Below, piece by piece: positions 52,648-64,000 of a stretch of DNA of 64,000 nucleotides. Position 1 is the stretch's first letter; every line of letters starts with the position of its first letter. Position numbers and translations under genes: made by a program. Where the stretch lies: NCBI GenBank assembly GCA_964106915.2, contig OZ066929.1; one strand, 5' to 3'. This DNA comes from Podarcis gaigeae (Eukaryota). The notes beneath the pieces are model-generated. The model made no database searches, was not told the DNA's origin, and saw nothing but the letters and a program-made list of their open reading frames with translations.

Positions 52648-53219
52648 CTAGCTGTGATCTGGACATTGAGGAGGAGGTTGCAAGGACCAGGTCAGGTTCC
52701 GGCTCAGAGCTAATTGCTGAAGATAGGAAGGCCATTGCACCTGAGGCTGTTAGGCAGGAGCCGCCACACAAGCATCCCAGAAGGGCCAAAGCCTTTCCTG
52801 AGTTTGAAGAACCAGATTCTTCCCAACACATATCACCAGTCCGGTAACACAAGGAGGGAGCCTATGGAGCAGTGCCCATATTCAGGGTTGACCCTTTCAG
52901 GCTCCGATATTCTCAGGGTGGTTAGGCTTGGAGGAGGCAGTCTGGAAACGGAGGCTGAAAAGGCCCCAGTCTTATCCCAACCTTTGTCAAAGCAAGTTGC
53001 TCACTTAGAGCTGTCCATGTTCACGCAACCTGTTTCCAAACCTTGCTGCAGTCTCCATGGTATGCAGCAACCAAAACATGACAAGTGCTCTCTTGCATAA
53101 GCCCCTTCCGTTTCCGTGAGGCTTGCGAAGGACAAAATCTTGTTTGACTGGGCCCAAACCGCTGGGAGGGAGCCAGCATTACAATGCCTTAATATAAATC
53201 TTGCAGTGCAGTGATGTCT

Positions 53220-53845
53220 GGAATACTGTGCACAGTCCCAGTCAGTTCTACTCAAAAATGGCACCGCAGAGCAGGAAAACAGGCCAGTCAGGTGGCTGGA
53301 GCGTTCTCTCTACCAGCAAAGGCTGAATCATTTGAGGTTTTTCCGTTCAGGAAAAAGACAACTAAGTGGGGCACAATCGTGGGTTACAGACACAATGTGG
53401 AGAAAGTGGATAGAGATTTCCCCCCCCCCCTCCTAATACAATAACTTGAAATTCATTGGTCATGAGGATTCAGAAATGACATGTCGCAAAACAGGGTTTT
53501 CTCCCTCCTTCACGATACTGGAACCAACAAAGATGGAAGGCCTTCTTCACACCGTGCACAGAATTTGCTGCCATAAGATTTAGCGATGGCTGCCAACTTG
53601 AATGGCTTTAAAAAGGGATTTGGTGCATTCAGGATGGTCTGCCCATCAAATGGTGCCTGTATGCTGCTCTCCAGGATCAGAGGCAGCATGGGGGACAGAA
53701 ACAGCAGGAGAAGCCTATAGTCTTCGTGTCCAGCTTACGGGTTTCCCAGAGGCATCTTGGTTGGCCACTGTGAGAAACAGGGTGCTGGGCTATAGACGTG
53801 AGTTTTCATCTGATCAGCCTGGGTCTGCTCTTACATTCTTAATAT
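53220..53845 (+). mobile_element. Old CR1 LINE 3' region; similar CR1-type ends near 32725-32930(-), 53880-54140 and 56450-56660
   Basis: Motifs gagaaagtggatagaga, ttcttcacac and ggctttaaaagggatt, with a ctgatc..gctcttacattctta end. Confidence 0.55.
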
Positions 53846-54536
53846 GTGATTAATTTCTGGAATTTAGTGCTACAAGATTCGATGGTGGTTGCCAGCTTGC
53901 CATAAGAGGAGACGTTTTGTCAATTGCTGTTAGCGTGGTGGCCAACTGGGGCCTCCATATTCAGAGGCAGCATGGTGCTGAATGCCAATTGCCTTCATGC
54001 CATGCTTCCAGCTGACCACCATAAGTAGCAGCCTTTAAGCTCTGCTGGGGAGCTTCCTGGAGGCATCTCTTTGGTCACTGTGGAAAATAAGAAGCTGGAC
54101 TAGAGTACCTTCGTTCTCATCCCTTTAATGTTCTTTATGGTTGCCGTTTTCCTTTTCTTTCATGTTTATAATTAGACACAATTAAACACATGTAAGGCTG
54201 CGACAGACAGGGACTGCTTGTTTGTTTTTCGGCTTTGTGAAGCACGTACAAAAACGTAGGCGTTTTATAAATAACGGGAGGAGAAGCAACTCCTGGAGAA
54301 GTTCTCCTACGTAAGCCTCCTGTTTGTTTCAGCGAGGTTTGCCCAGGCCAGGAGAACTTCCCAGTGATCTTCTCTCTATATTTTTATCTTCTGTTCTGGC
54401 AGAATTGATTTCCTGCCACCTCTTCAACCTATGATTATTTAAAATGAGAACAGTAACTTGAAAATGCACTAATTGCAACGGGGAAGGGAGGGAGCAGAAG
54501 AGAAGGGGAAACACTGAGCAAGGGGAGAGGGAGGGA

Positions 54537-54540
<4 letters not shown>

Positions 54541-54583
<43 letters not shown>
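54541..54583. repeat. (GA)n microsatellite
   Basis: Directly visible. Confidence 0.97.
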
Positions 54584-54588
<5 letters not shown>

Positions 54589-54589
54589 G

Positions 54590-55000
54590 GCCCAGGGCTG
54601 GGTTAGCATTGGGACTCCCCAGGGGCAACAGAAAGATGTTATAATCAATTACCACATCATAACACTGATGTATGATAATTACTGAGTCTTCCTCCTGAGA
54701 GAGTACAGCATTTGGCTGGGATGCGGCTCGTTCATGGTCCACTGCCTGATTAATATGCAAATAATAGGCTGATTGCATGATGAATGCGGAAAATGAGTTG
54801 GCTGATAGCGCATCCACCGAAGCGGGAAGATGATAAATTACTTTTTACTGACTGTCCTACATTTAAGTACCCTCTCTCAACAATTTTTTTTAATCACAAA
54901 TTAAGGAAAGCAGGATGGCGCAAATGTGAGGATGTGTAAAATAATGTACCTTAATAGCTTTTATTATAACTTCGGGGCGGTTTGCAGGAGCATTGTTCGC
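54590..55000. promoter_or_regulatory. Candidate intronic enhancer / conserved non-coding element in intron 20
   Basis: Repeat-free block with octamer ATGCAAAT (54755-54762), several TAAT/ATTA cores and retained CpGs. Conservation not testable here. Confidence 0.4.
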
Positions 55001-55334
55001 TCTTGGAAGCAGGGAGGCAAATATTCACAGAGTGAAACAGGACCAGCCTAGCTGGCGGCAGTCAGGGGCTTGTGGTAAAGAATAACCTCTCAAAATAGAG
55101 GTAGGGGGTCTGAATGGGCGTGGGACTCCTTGTCTGCAGAAGTCCTGTAGTCCTCAGCATATCTAGTTGAAGGATCTTGGGTTCCTGAACTGGGGAAGGG
55201 CCCTGCTTGTGCCTGAGACCTTGGAAAGCTCCTGCCAGCTAGAGAAGACCCTACTTGGCTAGATAGATTTGTAGTGTGACCATGTAGAAGGCAACAGTGG
55301 CCTTTGCTGGAGGAAAGTGGTCAATTCCTCTGAA

Positions 55335-55820
55335 GTACCGTGGTCAAGTTCCAGGTGCCACATTGTAAAAAGTATCTAGACAAATTGGTGTGGGTTGGAT
55401 GGATGGCAGTGAAAATGGCTTGTGGTAAGGAAAATTGGTTCTGTGGGGAAAGGTTGAAGGAACCAGGTGTGTTTTTTAGCATAGAGAAGGTTTTGTGGGG
55501 GGTAGGCATGATAGCGTTCTTGAAGTACCCAGAGGGCAAAGACTTGGCTCTCTGTGCTGCTACCTCAGAGAGCAGGACTTCGATGTAACAGACTGAAGTT
55601 ACAAGCGAGTATACTTCGATTGAGCATTGGAAGAAACTTTCTGACAGTAAGGAAGTTCAGGAATGGAACCAATGACCGAGAGGTGTGGTGGGGGCTCTCT
55701 TTCTCAAGGCCTTCAAGCAGAAGCTGAAAAGCCGTCTGCAGGGGGATGCTGTGGTTCTGGATTTCGTGCACCAAACAAAGGGTTGGACTTGATGGCTAAA
55801 ATATACTTCCAACTCTGATG
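55335..55820 (+). mobile_element. CR1 LINE 3' fragment (decayed RT C-terminus plus 3' UTR)
   Basis: V.F..PH.KK.LDKL..V / ERLKE.G.FS / MIA.LKY, then aagaaactttctgacagtaag and the CR1 3' end gggttggacttgatg..cttccaactct. Confidence 0.85.
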
Positions 55821-58511
55821 CCTCAGTTCACCCATCAACCTGCCTAAAGAGCCTCAGCTCTGTTTTAGTATAGGGTGTGACGAGAACTGTGCATGGGTAT
55901 GCTGTGATAATTACTTGTACAATGGGAAGGAATAATGTTAGAACTCAGAATCACCCAATTAAACTGATGGGCATTTGAAAGTATCTTTATTTACTCCCTG
56001 GAGTGCAGTGTACATGGATCTCCTCCCAGTCTATCCTCACAACAATCCTGCGAGGTGGGTTAGGCTAAGAAGTAGTCACCCAACGAACTTTAACAAGTTC
56101 AGCATTCAATCTATTACATCACAACGGCTGTCACAACTTATCAAAGTATGTAACATTTGGGGGAAGGGGCAGAATCTTTCACAAAGCATATCTAAATTCA
56201 AATAAAGCAAAAACAATTCAATAAACATAAGATGAATTCAATATTACAATGAAATAGTATAAACTTAATATATAACAAGGAAAAAAACTTACATAATAAT
56301 ATTATTAATAAAAAAGTAATCCAGGATACTAGTTCAAGTCTTACTGCACTTCATGGGACCACAGCAGCTTGACTTAAGAGAGAAAGTGGAGTCTTTGCTA
56401 GATGGTTCATTGTGCCAAGGCGCATGACAAAGACCTCTGAGTTTAGATTACGTAAAAAGAGGATTAGACAAAATCATGGAGGAGGATTGATCTAACTTCT
56501 GTGTCACAAACAGTGTACATCTGGAAACAGACAAGATGAGAACTACCTTTGTGTTCTGCTTGAGGGCTTTCCAAAGGCATCAAGTTGGCCTCTATAAAAA
56601 AAATTGAATGCTAGACTAGATTGCCTTTCAGTTTATTCAACAGGGCTGTTCTTACATCCTTAGGGAAAGTATCTCTTGAAAAGGATAAAAAGCAGTGGGT
56701 TTACGTTACCACAGAGCAGAATTAGGGTATCAAAAGCAAATAATTGACTCTTGTTTCATTACACACTATTATGGAATGTGTTGCTCATTCATTCCATTTT
56801 TATTTTGTTCCCCTCCCCCTTATCCTTTGGGTTTGGGTCAGGTCAATAATAAAACAGAACACCTTTATGGAAAAATGCCTATATTGTGAAAACCATTAGG
56901 GAAGGGAGGCATAGCTGCCAGTGCTTGGCCACAGTTGTGTTTTATAGCACCTTGTGTTAAGTGACACCTAAAACATAGAGCAGCAAAAGATGTACCCAAA
57001 CAAATATACCTTAGCGTAGCACATGGGAAAGTTATTGCTTGTGCTGGCCTCTGCACTTGGGTGAGTAGATTTGGGGATGGTCTGTCTGTGAATCCCGGCT
57101 TAACAAGGGAAGGCAATATCCCTGACTGGATGTTGCTATTGTGTCTAGCAGTCTGTCTCATCCTGATGACATCAAGAGTTCCATCACTGGCCCCTTTGAG
57201 CAGCTTGTGTCCCTCTTCTTCAGTTTTCAAGCTCAGTTGTAGGGGGTATGGATGTTCTTCAGTGAACAGATCAATAGTGGCAGAGAAACTACATTGCACA
57301 ACACTTTGCCCTCGACTCCTGATCTCCCCCAACATTCTTTATTCACACAGGGTGGCAGTGGGCCTAACCTGTGGCATGAGTGTGTGACTTAAAGTGTGTC
57401 CCCAAAATCCATGGTAGCCATGCAGGGGTCCCTTGACAGCGCAGCCTATATGGAAAAGGTTTTCTCAAGAGAAACTTGGAAAACCATTGCTGTGGCAATC
57501 CTCTGATTTTTTCCCCACCCCCTAAAGGTGTATCAAAAGGTAAAGAGAGACCCTGAACTGCCCTTGGTAGATGTTCCACAGCCATGTGTTTCCGATTTCT
57601 TTTTGAAGCCATGGCCGGAGCAGGGAACCCTTCCCAGCAGAAGTTCACAGCAGCTGCCTGCCCTCTCTGGTTGGTCCTTTCCCGCCCCCTGGTATTAATT
57701 TATACATAACTTTGGGATTTGACTAGTTTGGCATGAACCTGAAGCCCAGGCCCTGGACTTAATGAGAAGTAGTACATCAGACCCAACCGCCAGGAAAATA
57801 ATGTCTGGGTTTTGCTGGAATGTCACGGCATGGCCTGTCATTTTGCTTCAGCGGCTTGTCCTTCCAACTGCGCAGTCCGCCTTATGGCACGCCAGCAGTA
57901 AAAATGTCACTCCCGATAATTACTTTTTGGTGGAAATGCTTGCTGACTTCCTACCTTCAAGCTGTTTTTTACACAGTGGGGAGATAATAAGAAATGACTT
58001 TATCCTGACTGCTCAAATGAACACTAAATGGAATTTGGGTTATTATTACTGGAGATCGAGGGCCGTGCACTGGAATTTAAATAGTGGATCAGATCAATGG
58101 TAGACATATCTTGGCAAATCATAGTGAATCTGCTTTTCAGTCCACTCCAGTTTCCGATTGAACATGGCCTTTCTCTGCTTGCTATCTGGAGAGTGTAGTA
58201 TTTATTTCTCATTTTCTTCCTTGGTAATTCCCCCCAGTTGTATGCATATGGGTGGATTTTGTCTTTGCTGTTGTTTTCTGTCTTTCTTTCTTGGTCTCTT
58301 GTGCCTGGGGCCTGCACTTGTTCCTACATGGTTATATACATGGGTTTAACAACCTTGTATCTGGCTGGCAGGCAAGGATGAGTTTTAGACTCCTTCTGCT
58401 GATTCTTAAGGAAAAGCTGCCCCATACCAGAGTGAGACAGGCATTGCAGGTGGCCATGCCAGACCCTGAACTGAAAGGGGTGCCTTCCCCAGTTTAGGGA
58501 CCCTTAAGGTT

Positions 58512-58854
58512 GTGGCGCTGTGGTCTAAACCACAGAGCCTAGGTCTTACCAATCAGAAGGTTGGTGGTTTGAATCCCCACGACAGGGTGAATTCCCGTTG
58601 CTCGGTCCCAGCTACTGCCAGCCTAGCAGTTCGAAAGTGCGTCAAAGTGCAAGTAGATAAATAGGTACCACTCCGGCGGGAAGGTAAACGGCGTTTCCGT
58701 GTGCTGCTCTGGTTCGCCAGAAGCGGCTTAGTCATGCTGGCCACATGACCCGGAAGCTGTACACCAGCTCCCTTGGCCAGTAAAGCGAGATGAGCGCTGC
58801 AACCCCAGTGTCGGCCACGACTGGAACTAATGGTCAGGGGTCCCTTTACCTTTA
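58512..58854 (+). mobile_element. Near full-length Sauria (Squam1) SINE
   Basis: gtggcgctgtgg A box, ggtttgaatcc B box and ACCTTT tail. 10-bp TSD ccttaaggtt (58502-58511, 58855-58864). Confidence 0.94.
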
Positions 58855-59073
58855 CCTTAAGGTTAAGGCACCTGATCTGCATGTGGGATCCTGAGGTGCA
58901 GCAGGTCCATTGACCAGACAAAGGTAGACAGCCAAGCTCTAAATGCTTGTGCCAGGCCTGGCCAATCCATTGGCCTCGTGCTACGTGCCAATCCTCAGGA
59001 GCTGATGGCACAGACCTCTGCTCTCTTCTGAGGCCTGGGCACACACCATGCATAGTAGTTCCCTTTTTAAGTA

Positions 59074-59314
59074 CAGTGGTACCTCTAGTTATGAACTTAA
59101 TTCATTCTGGAGGTCCGTTATTAACCCAAAACTGTTCTTAACTAGAGGCGTGCTTTCGCTAATGGGGCCTCTTGCTGCCGCTGCGCCGCCAGCACACGGT
59201 TTCCATTCTCATCCTGGGGCAAAGTTCTCAACTCAAGGTAACTCTTCCAGGTTGGCGGAGTTTGTAACCTGAAGCATTTGTAAACTGAGGTGTTTGTAAC
59301 TCGAGGTACCACCG
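59074..59314. mobile_element. Tigger-like MITE
   Basis: TA|CAGTGGTACCTCTAGTTA ... TAACTCGAGGTACCACCG|TA. Confidence 0.88.
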
Positions 59315-60542
59315 TATTGGTTGGTTTAGAGTTGAAATGGAGAACCAGTGGCCCTCCAGGTATGGCTATTGGAACTCTGACTCCCTCCATTGTTTTTCAT
59401 CAGCCTCATTCTAAGGAATGCTCTACTGTGGTGCTAGACTGCTTGGAAGTCTGCTTCCTCACTACTTCTAAACACAAACCTGCTTGGAACCCCTGTTTAT
59501 TGTAGGCAGGAAAAATGTCGCTTTAAGCTATGTTGCCTTCTTGCTAAAGGCTCAGATCAGGGAAGCTGCATTTGCACAAAGGAGCCCTCCATCGGACCTT
59601 CTCTGCTGCTGCTCTTTTTCAACCACCACCCCCCCCAGATTTGCCTCTTTGTCCTGTCAGAGAGCTGAGTGATACAGGTGCTGAGCAAATGTATCATGTA
59701 AAGCCTCTGTCATGCTTGCGCACTGCGGAATCAATCCTCCACACACTGTTGAAAATGTCTTCTATTTGTTCACAAATATCATAGAATTTTCAGCGTCAAC
59801 TTTTCGAATTTTTGAACCTGGTGGTGTTGGATTTTTGAGGAAAGATGTGTGTCTCTGTGATTTGAGAAGCAATGAGAGAATGAACGTGTCCACATGTGTT
59901 CCACCTCCTTTTCATCTTGTGCATTGTTCTACGCTCCCCGTTCCCCACATGGTGGGAAATCCAGGGTCACTTTTTATAGGACCAATTCCTTTCGGAAGAA
60001 AGGCTCCTGGAAACTCCTTGCAGTGTTTTGTGTACAATGTATTGGCTGGTCCCTTATCACATAGTAGTAAGTGTGCAGACAGTACTAGCCATTGGAATTT
60101 CAACAGTCTTCCAAATCCAAAGCAGTTTATGAGCCCTGTGAAATCCAAACTGCTAACAAAAATCTGAATGACTTCCATTAGGCCAGCTAAACTGGTTTTA
60201 GCCTACTACTTGCAGGTGGGTGCGACTGCCAGGTACATTCCAGGAGAGGAATCCAAAATGATCTCTTAGATCATTTTACGGTCATTTGTTTTAACCAGAG
60301 GTGAAACCAACTCCTGTTATGAAATTCAATAAAAGTTGCTTGAGAAATAGCTGTGAAAGGGATTCCTCAATTTACACCAAGGACATTCTATAAGCAAAGA
60401 AAGTTTTGCCTTTCTAGCTTGTCTAGAAAGTGGCCTTGTTAATAAGATCTCTTCTTTAATACAATGATTGGCTAATTTGCTGCATAGCCCCCTGAGTCAT
60501 CGTCTGACATCATAGAACATAGATGAGCCCCAGTCCTTGAAT

Positions 60543-60680
60543 GTTGGGATAGCTCACACAGTAGAGCATGAGATTCTTAATCTCAGAGTTGTGGGTTCAA
60601 GCGCCACGTTGGGCAAAAGATTCCTGCATTGCAGGGAGTTGGACTAGATGACCCCCATAGTCCCTTCCAACTCTACAATT
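60543..60680 (+). mobile_element. Short SINE: tRNA-Lys(CTT)-derived head fused to a CR1 3' tail
   Basis: 60543-60614 aligns by eye with vertebrate tRNA-Lys-CTT (TAGCTCA..GTAGAGCATGAGA.TCTTAATCTCAG.GT.GTGGGTTC.AG...CACGTTGGGC, CTT at 60576-78). It is followed by ttcctgcattgcagggagttggactagatgacc..gtcccttccaactct. Confidence 0.85.
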
Positions 60681-63600
60681 GAAGCTCCTAGCATAATTTT
60701 GGATAGAATGGGGAAAGGTTGGGGTGTGCTTAGAAGAAAAGTAATTCAGCTAGGAACAGAGAACAAAGAAGCTTATACAGACTCCTTGGGAAGGAGAGCT
60801 TTCTTCAGCCGACTTGGGAGGCTATGTATCCATGAACCAGGGAGTCAAGATGTAGAAAAACATCTCACAGAACCCAGTAAACAGGTGCACTCCTGTGAGA
60901 CAGAGGACAGAGTTGCAATGGGGACAGAATTCATAGAGTGCATCAAATTAGCCAGTCAAATCTTTGATTCACGGGTTTGTGTGTACATGTTGGGATTTGT
61001 AATTTTGTCTGATTTACAGTTTCTCATTTCGTGTACCGCCTTCTTTGTTACAACCTTTAACCTAAACAAATAAATACTGATTGATCATGCTGCAAAGCAG
61101 CTTTATTTATGAGCCCGCTAAGAGGACAGGCTGGCTGGTTCAGGTTCGCCCCTTCAGAGCAACAGATTTCTCTTTAGCAGTCAAACCCAAAGAAAGCCCG
61201 GCAGAGAGGAGTTCAGCAAGCAGCTCCACAAAAGTCAAGTTCAGACAAGCTCGTTTTTGAAAATGGTAGGCCAAAATGCCCTCCGCACCATTTCTGGATT
61301 GCAGATTGGGGGAGATGGATTTCAACTTTCGGAGAGCAAAATCATTCAACTCACTTTTTTTAAAGGGGATGGGGGGAAATGGGTAGTTAAGGACTGGAAG
61401 GTCTGCAGCATAATTCCATGCAGGCTGAGGCATTATGGGAAATGAATGGCCACCGCAGACACCAAACAGTCACACAAAGACCTCCTACCCCCACAGTGAG
61501 TGTGTTTAAAAGGTGCAAAGCACAGAGAGACTTTGCTGCCCTAGCTACCCATAAATCCACACCCTAAAAAACGAGGCAAAGCATTTCACTACCCCAAATA
61601 GCACCTCCTCCCAACACAGGCAAAAATAGTTACATTTGCCACCATGTTATTGTTTGTGTTCACTCTTGATGGGACTGTCTATTTATCTTTTTTATGCCCA
61701 TAGCTATATGTATATACATATACATATCTTTATGCCCCATCAAGAGGCCAAGGCAGGAGTTCAAGGCAGTTAGATTACCTGCAGGACCTTAGAGAGCTCC
61801 CAGGGTCCTTCAGAGACAGCTGTTGTCTCTACAAGCTGGCTGGTTGTTAAAGGGCCCTAAACTTACTCTGCAGCTTTTGGCTCCTGCAGGACAAGGGAGA
61901 TGGGGTACCATGGGAAAATCCTCTGAATCAAGAGGAAAGCAGCAGTTTGAAGATTTTTATTCTGGCAGGTATTTGGCCTGCTTGGAGTGTTTGGCCATCT
62001 TACTTTTGGTGCTTTTTATCTGCTGCTCTGGACTGTTTTTAACGTGTATTTTTTGGGTTGGGCTTTTTATTTTATTTTATTTAAAACTATTGTTTTAATT
62101 ATTCAAATGAGCCACCTTGGGCTCATATTATAAATGGAAAGAGGGTTGAGCAACCCTTAACTGCTAGATAGCACCATCCCTAGTGAGGAGCCTGACCATC
62201 TTTGAACAGCTTGGGGGTTTTGGAAGGGGGCAAAATAATACTTCCAGTCCTTTCTCTTACACCCTTCTCCCTTAATTTCCCTAGTCTACTGTCCAGAACA
62301 CATAGTGACCCCTACAAATACAGGCTGTAGAAATCACATATTGAATATATGATTTTTTTTTCTTGCGGTGGGGTGGAGAGACCTCATATCCCTTTGTGTG
62401 TTTCCGATTCATGAAAAACACAAAGCAAATGCAAGTGATATAACATTTCACCAGTAATCAAATGGTCAGGCTGACAGTAGATTTAGGTGCATGCAGGTTG
62501 GGAAAGGTAGCTGTTAAGTGCAATACTTCCATTTAGTCCTGACTTGATTTTCTCCTCCTCCCCAAATTATTCTCCGTCATTTCTCCTTTTATTTCCATCC
62601 AACACCAGTATTATTTCTGTGTGGGGTTTGCATTGTGTGGTCCGAGATTTGCATGGAAAATTCACAGCTGCTGTAGTTTGCAATTTCTTTAAGCTGGCAC
62701 CAGGGACAAAATTAGAGAGTGGGGGCTTGAACCAGCACCATGCAGTTTTATTAACCAGGCAGCCGTCATTTTGACCTTGCTGTGGGTTAAAGGACACAGA
62801 TCTGAGGAGAAATCTGTTTATCATGTACGGAATTCATGCCATCCCTGACAGTGTACAGTGAACAAGATGGATGATCTGCCAAATTGGTCCCTCGCATGGG
62901 TGAATCAGGGCAAATTTACACTGCCATTCGTTCACTGCTTCAAATACAAAAATAACATTTGTTGGGCTTTGGATGCAGCTGCACAGCGACCTGAGGCTAG
63001 GCACAGAAAAGAAATTAGATCTCTAGCATTCTTATTGCCTTAAACATTACATATGGACTGCGGTGGCTTAAAGGAAAAGAGAGGTTTCTCCTTTGCATCT
63101 TTCATAAGCTGTTTTAAAAAAGAAGAAGTAAGAAATCCAATTACTTGAGTTGAAAAGGACCTTTATGGGAATGCCAAGACACCTTTTTCTAAATACAATT
63201 TGATACTTTAAAAAAAAAGCGATTCAGTAATTTTTATTAAATAGCTTTGATTTATTACAGTGCTACTCACTTTATCTAACTCAGTGTCATAATGTTTGGA
63301 AAGGGCTTTGCACCTTCTAGGAACAAGATGATCAGGGAAAGTTGCCCTGAAGAAAGTGCATGGGGATACCTTGGCAGACAGATCTTAGGCAGAAAGAGTT
63401 TAACTTCACAAGCGTGAGCTTCTTCCGTAAGGAGGCCAGGGACAAACTTCTACCACCCTGTGTCCTTTTTTATTTTTGTTTTTATTTATCATCAAAAGCT
63501 TTGGTGTGCCTGTCTGTAAAATATCCAAGGTAGTATATTAGTTGCACACATCCCATTCTCTAAGGATCATTTCACACATTGGCATGGACACGTGTATTTA

Positions 63601-64000
63601 AATTCCTTCCTTCTTTCATTAAAGTTTTTACCCTGTAATTTCATTACAGTTTTTACCCTGCTCTTCTTCTTCTACACCAAAGGTGTCTAGCAATCGTTTT
63701 TTTTTATAAAAAAAGTTTAGATATTCAGAAAATATTTTGAAAAAATACCTTTAAAACACAATAGATTAGTAATAATTGCATGCACTAGAATATCAGCCTT
63801 AATAGGCATTAAAGCTTTCATATGCTGGGCGAGAGAGACTCTTCCCAAAGCACAAAACAAATCAAACCCAATGGCCCTCGCAGTCCTAGTGCTGGCCTCC
63901 TCAATTTCAACCACTGCAGCCGTCATCCCAAGCTGCTGGCTATGTTAGCTGGTACTGATGGGTGTTGAGAAGCCAACAACATATGGAAGGCCACAGATTC

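Noticed and set aside
60543-60614. Functional tRNA-Lys gene
   Set aside because: Disrupted acceptor and D stems, no T-run terminator, and fused to a CR1 tail.
60648-61073. 141-aa plus-strand ORF in intron 20 as exon 21 or an alternative exon
   Set aside because: No CUT3 or CUX1 similarity; starts in a SINE tail; the donor-like sites I see are phase 0, not the required phase 1.

Overview
Vertebrate genomic DNA, not prokaryotic, most likely from a squamate reptile (probably a lacertid lizard, judged from the Sauria/Squam1-type SINEs). The whole window lies inside one + strand gene, CUX1 (cut-like homeobox 1 / CASP locus). I reconstruct 14 consecutive coding exons, equivalent to human exons 7-20 (numbering recalled from the human gene). 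All have GT-AG boundaries and matching phases and give 2588 nt of open frame. They encode the N-terminal coiled coil shared with CASP, CUT repeat 1, the linker and CUT repeat 2. Exon 21 (CUT3) and the homeodomain lie beyond the window. The introns carry a typical squamate TE load: Sauria SINEs, CORE/Squam3-like SINEs, a tRNA-Lys/CR1 chimeric SINE, fragments of CR1, L1, Rex1/Babar and RTE LINEs, Tc1/pogo-type and hAT-type MITEs, microsatellites and one 144-N gap. Several repeat-free, motif-rich blocks look like enhancers. I see no convincing wholly new biological system. The best leads are isoform-level: a candidate L1-interrupted alternative first exon in intron 20, a candidate cryptic exon in intron 13, an internal acceptor with a NAGNAG in exon 15, and a possible recursive splice site at exon 17. 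Almost all other ORFs in the track are intronic noise or TE remnants.
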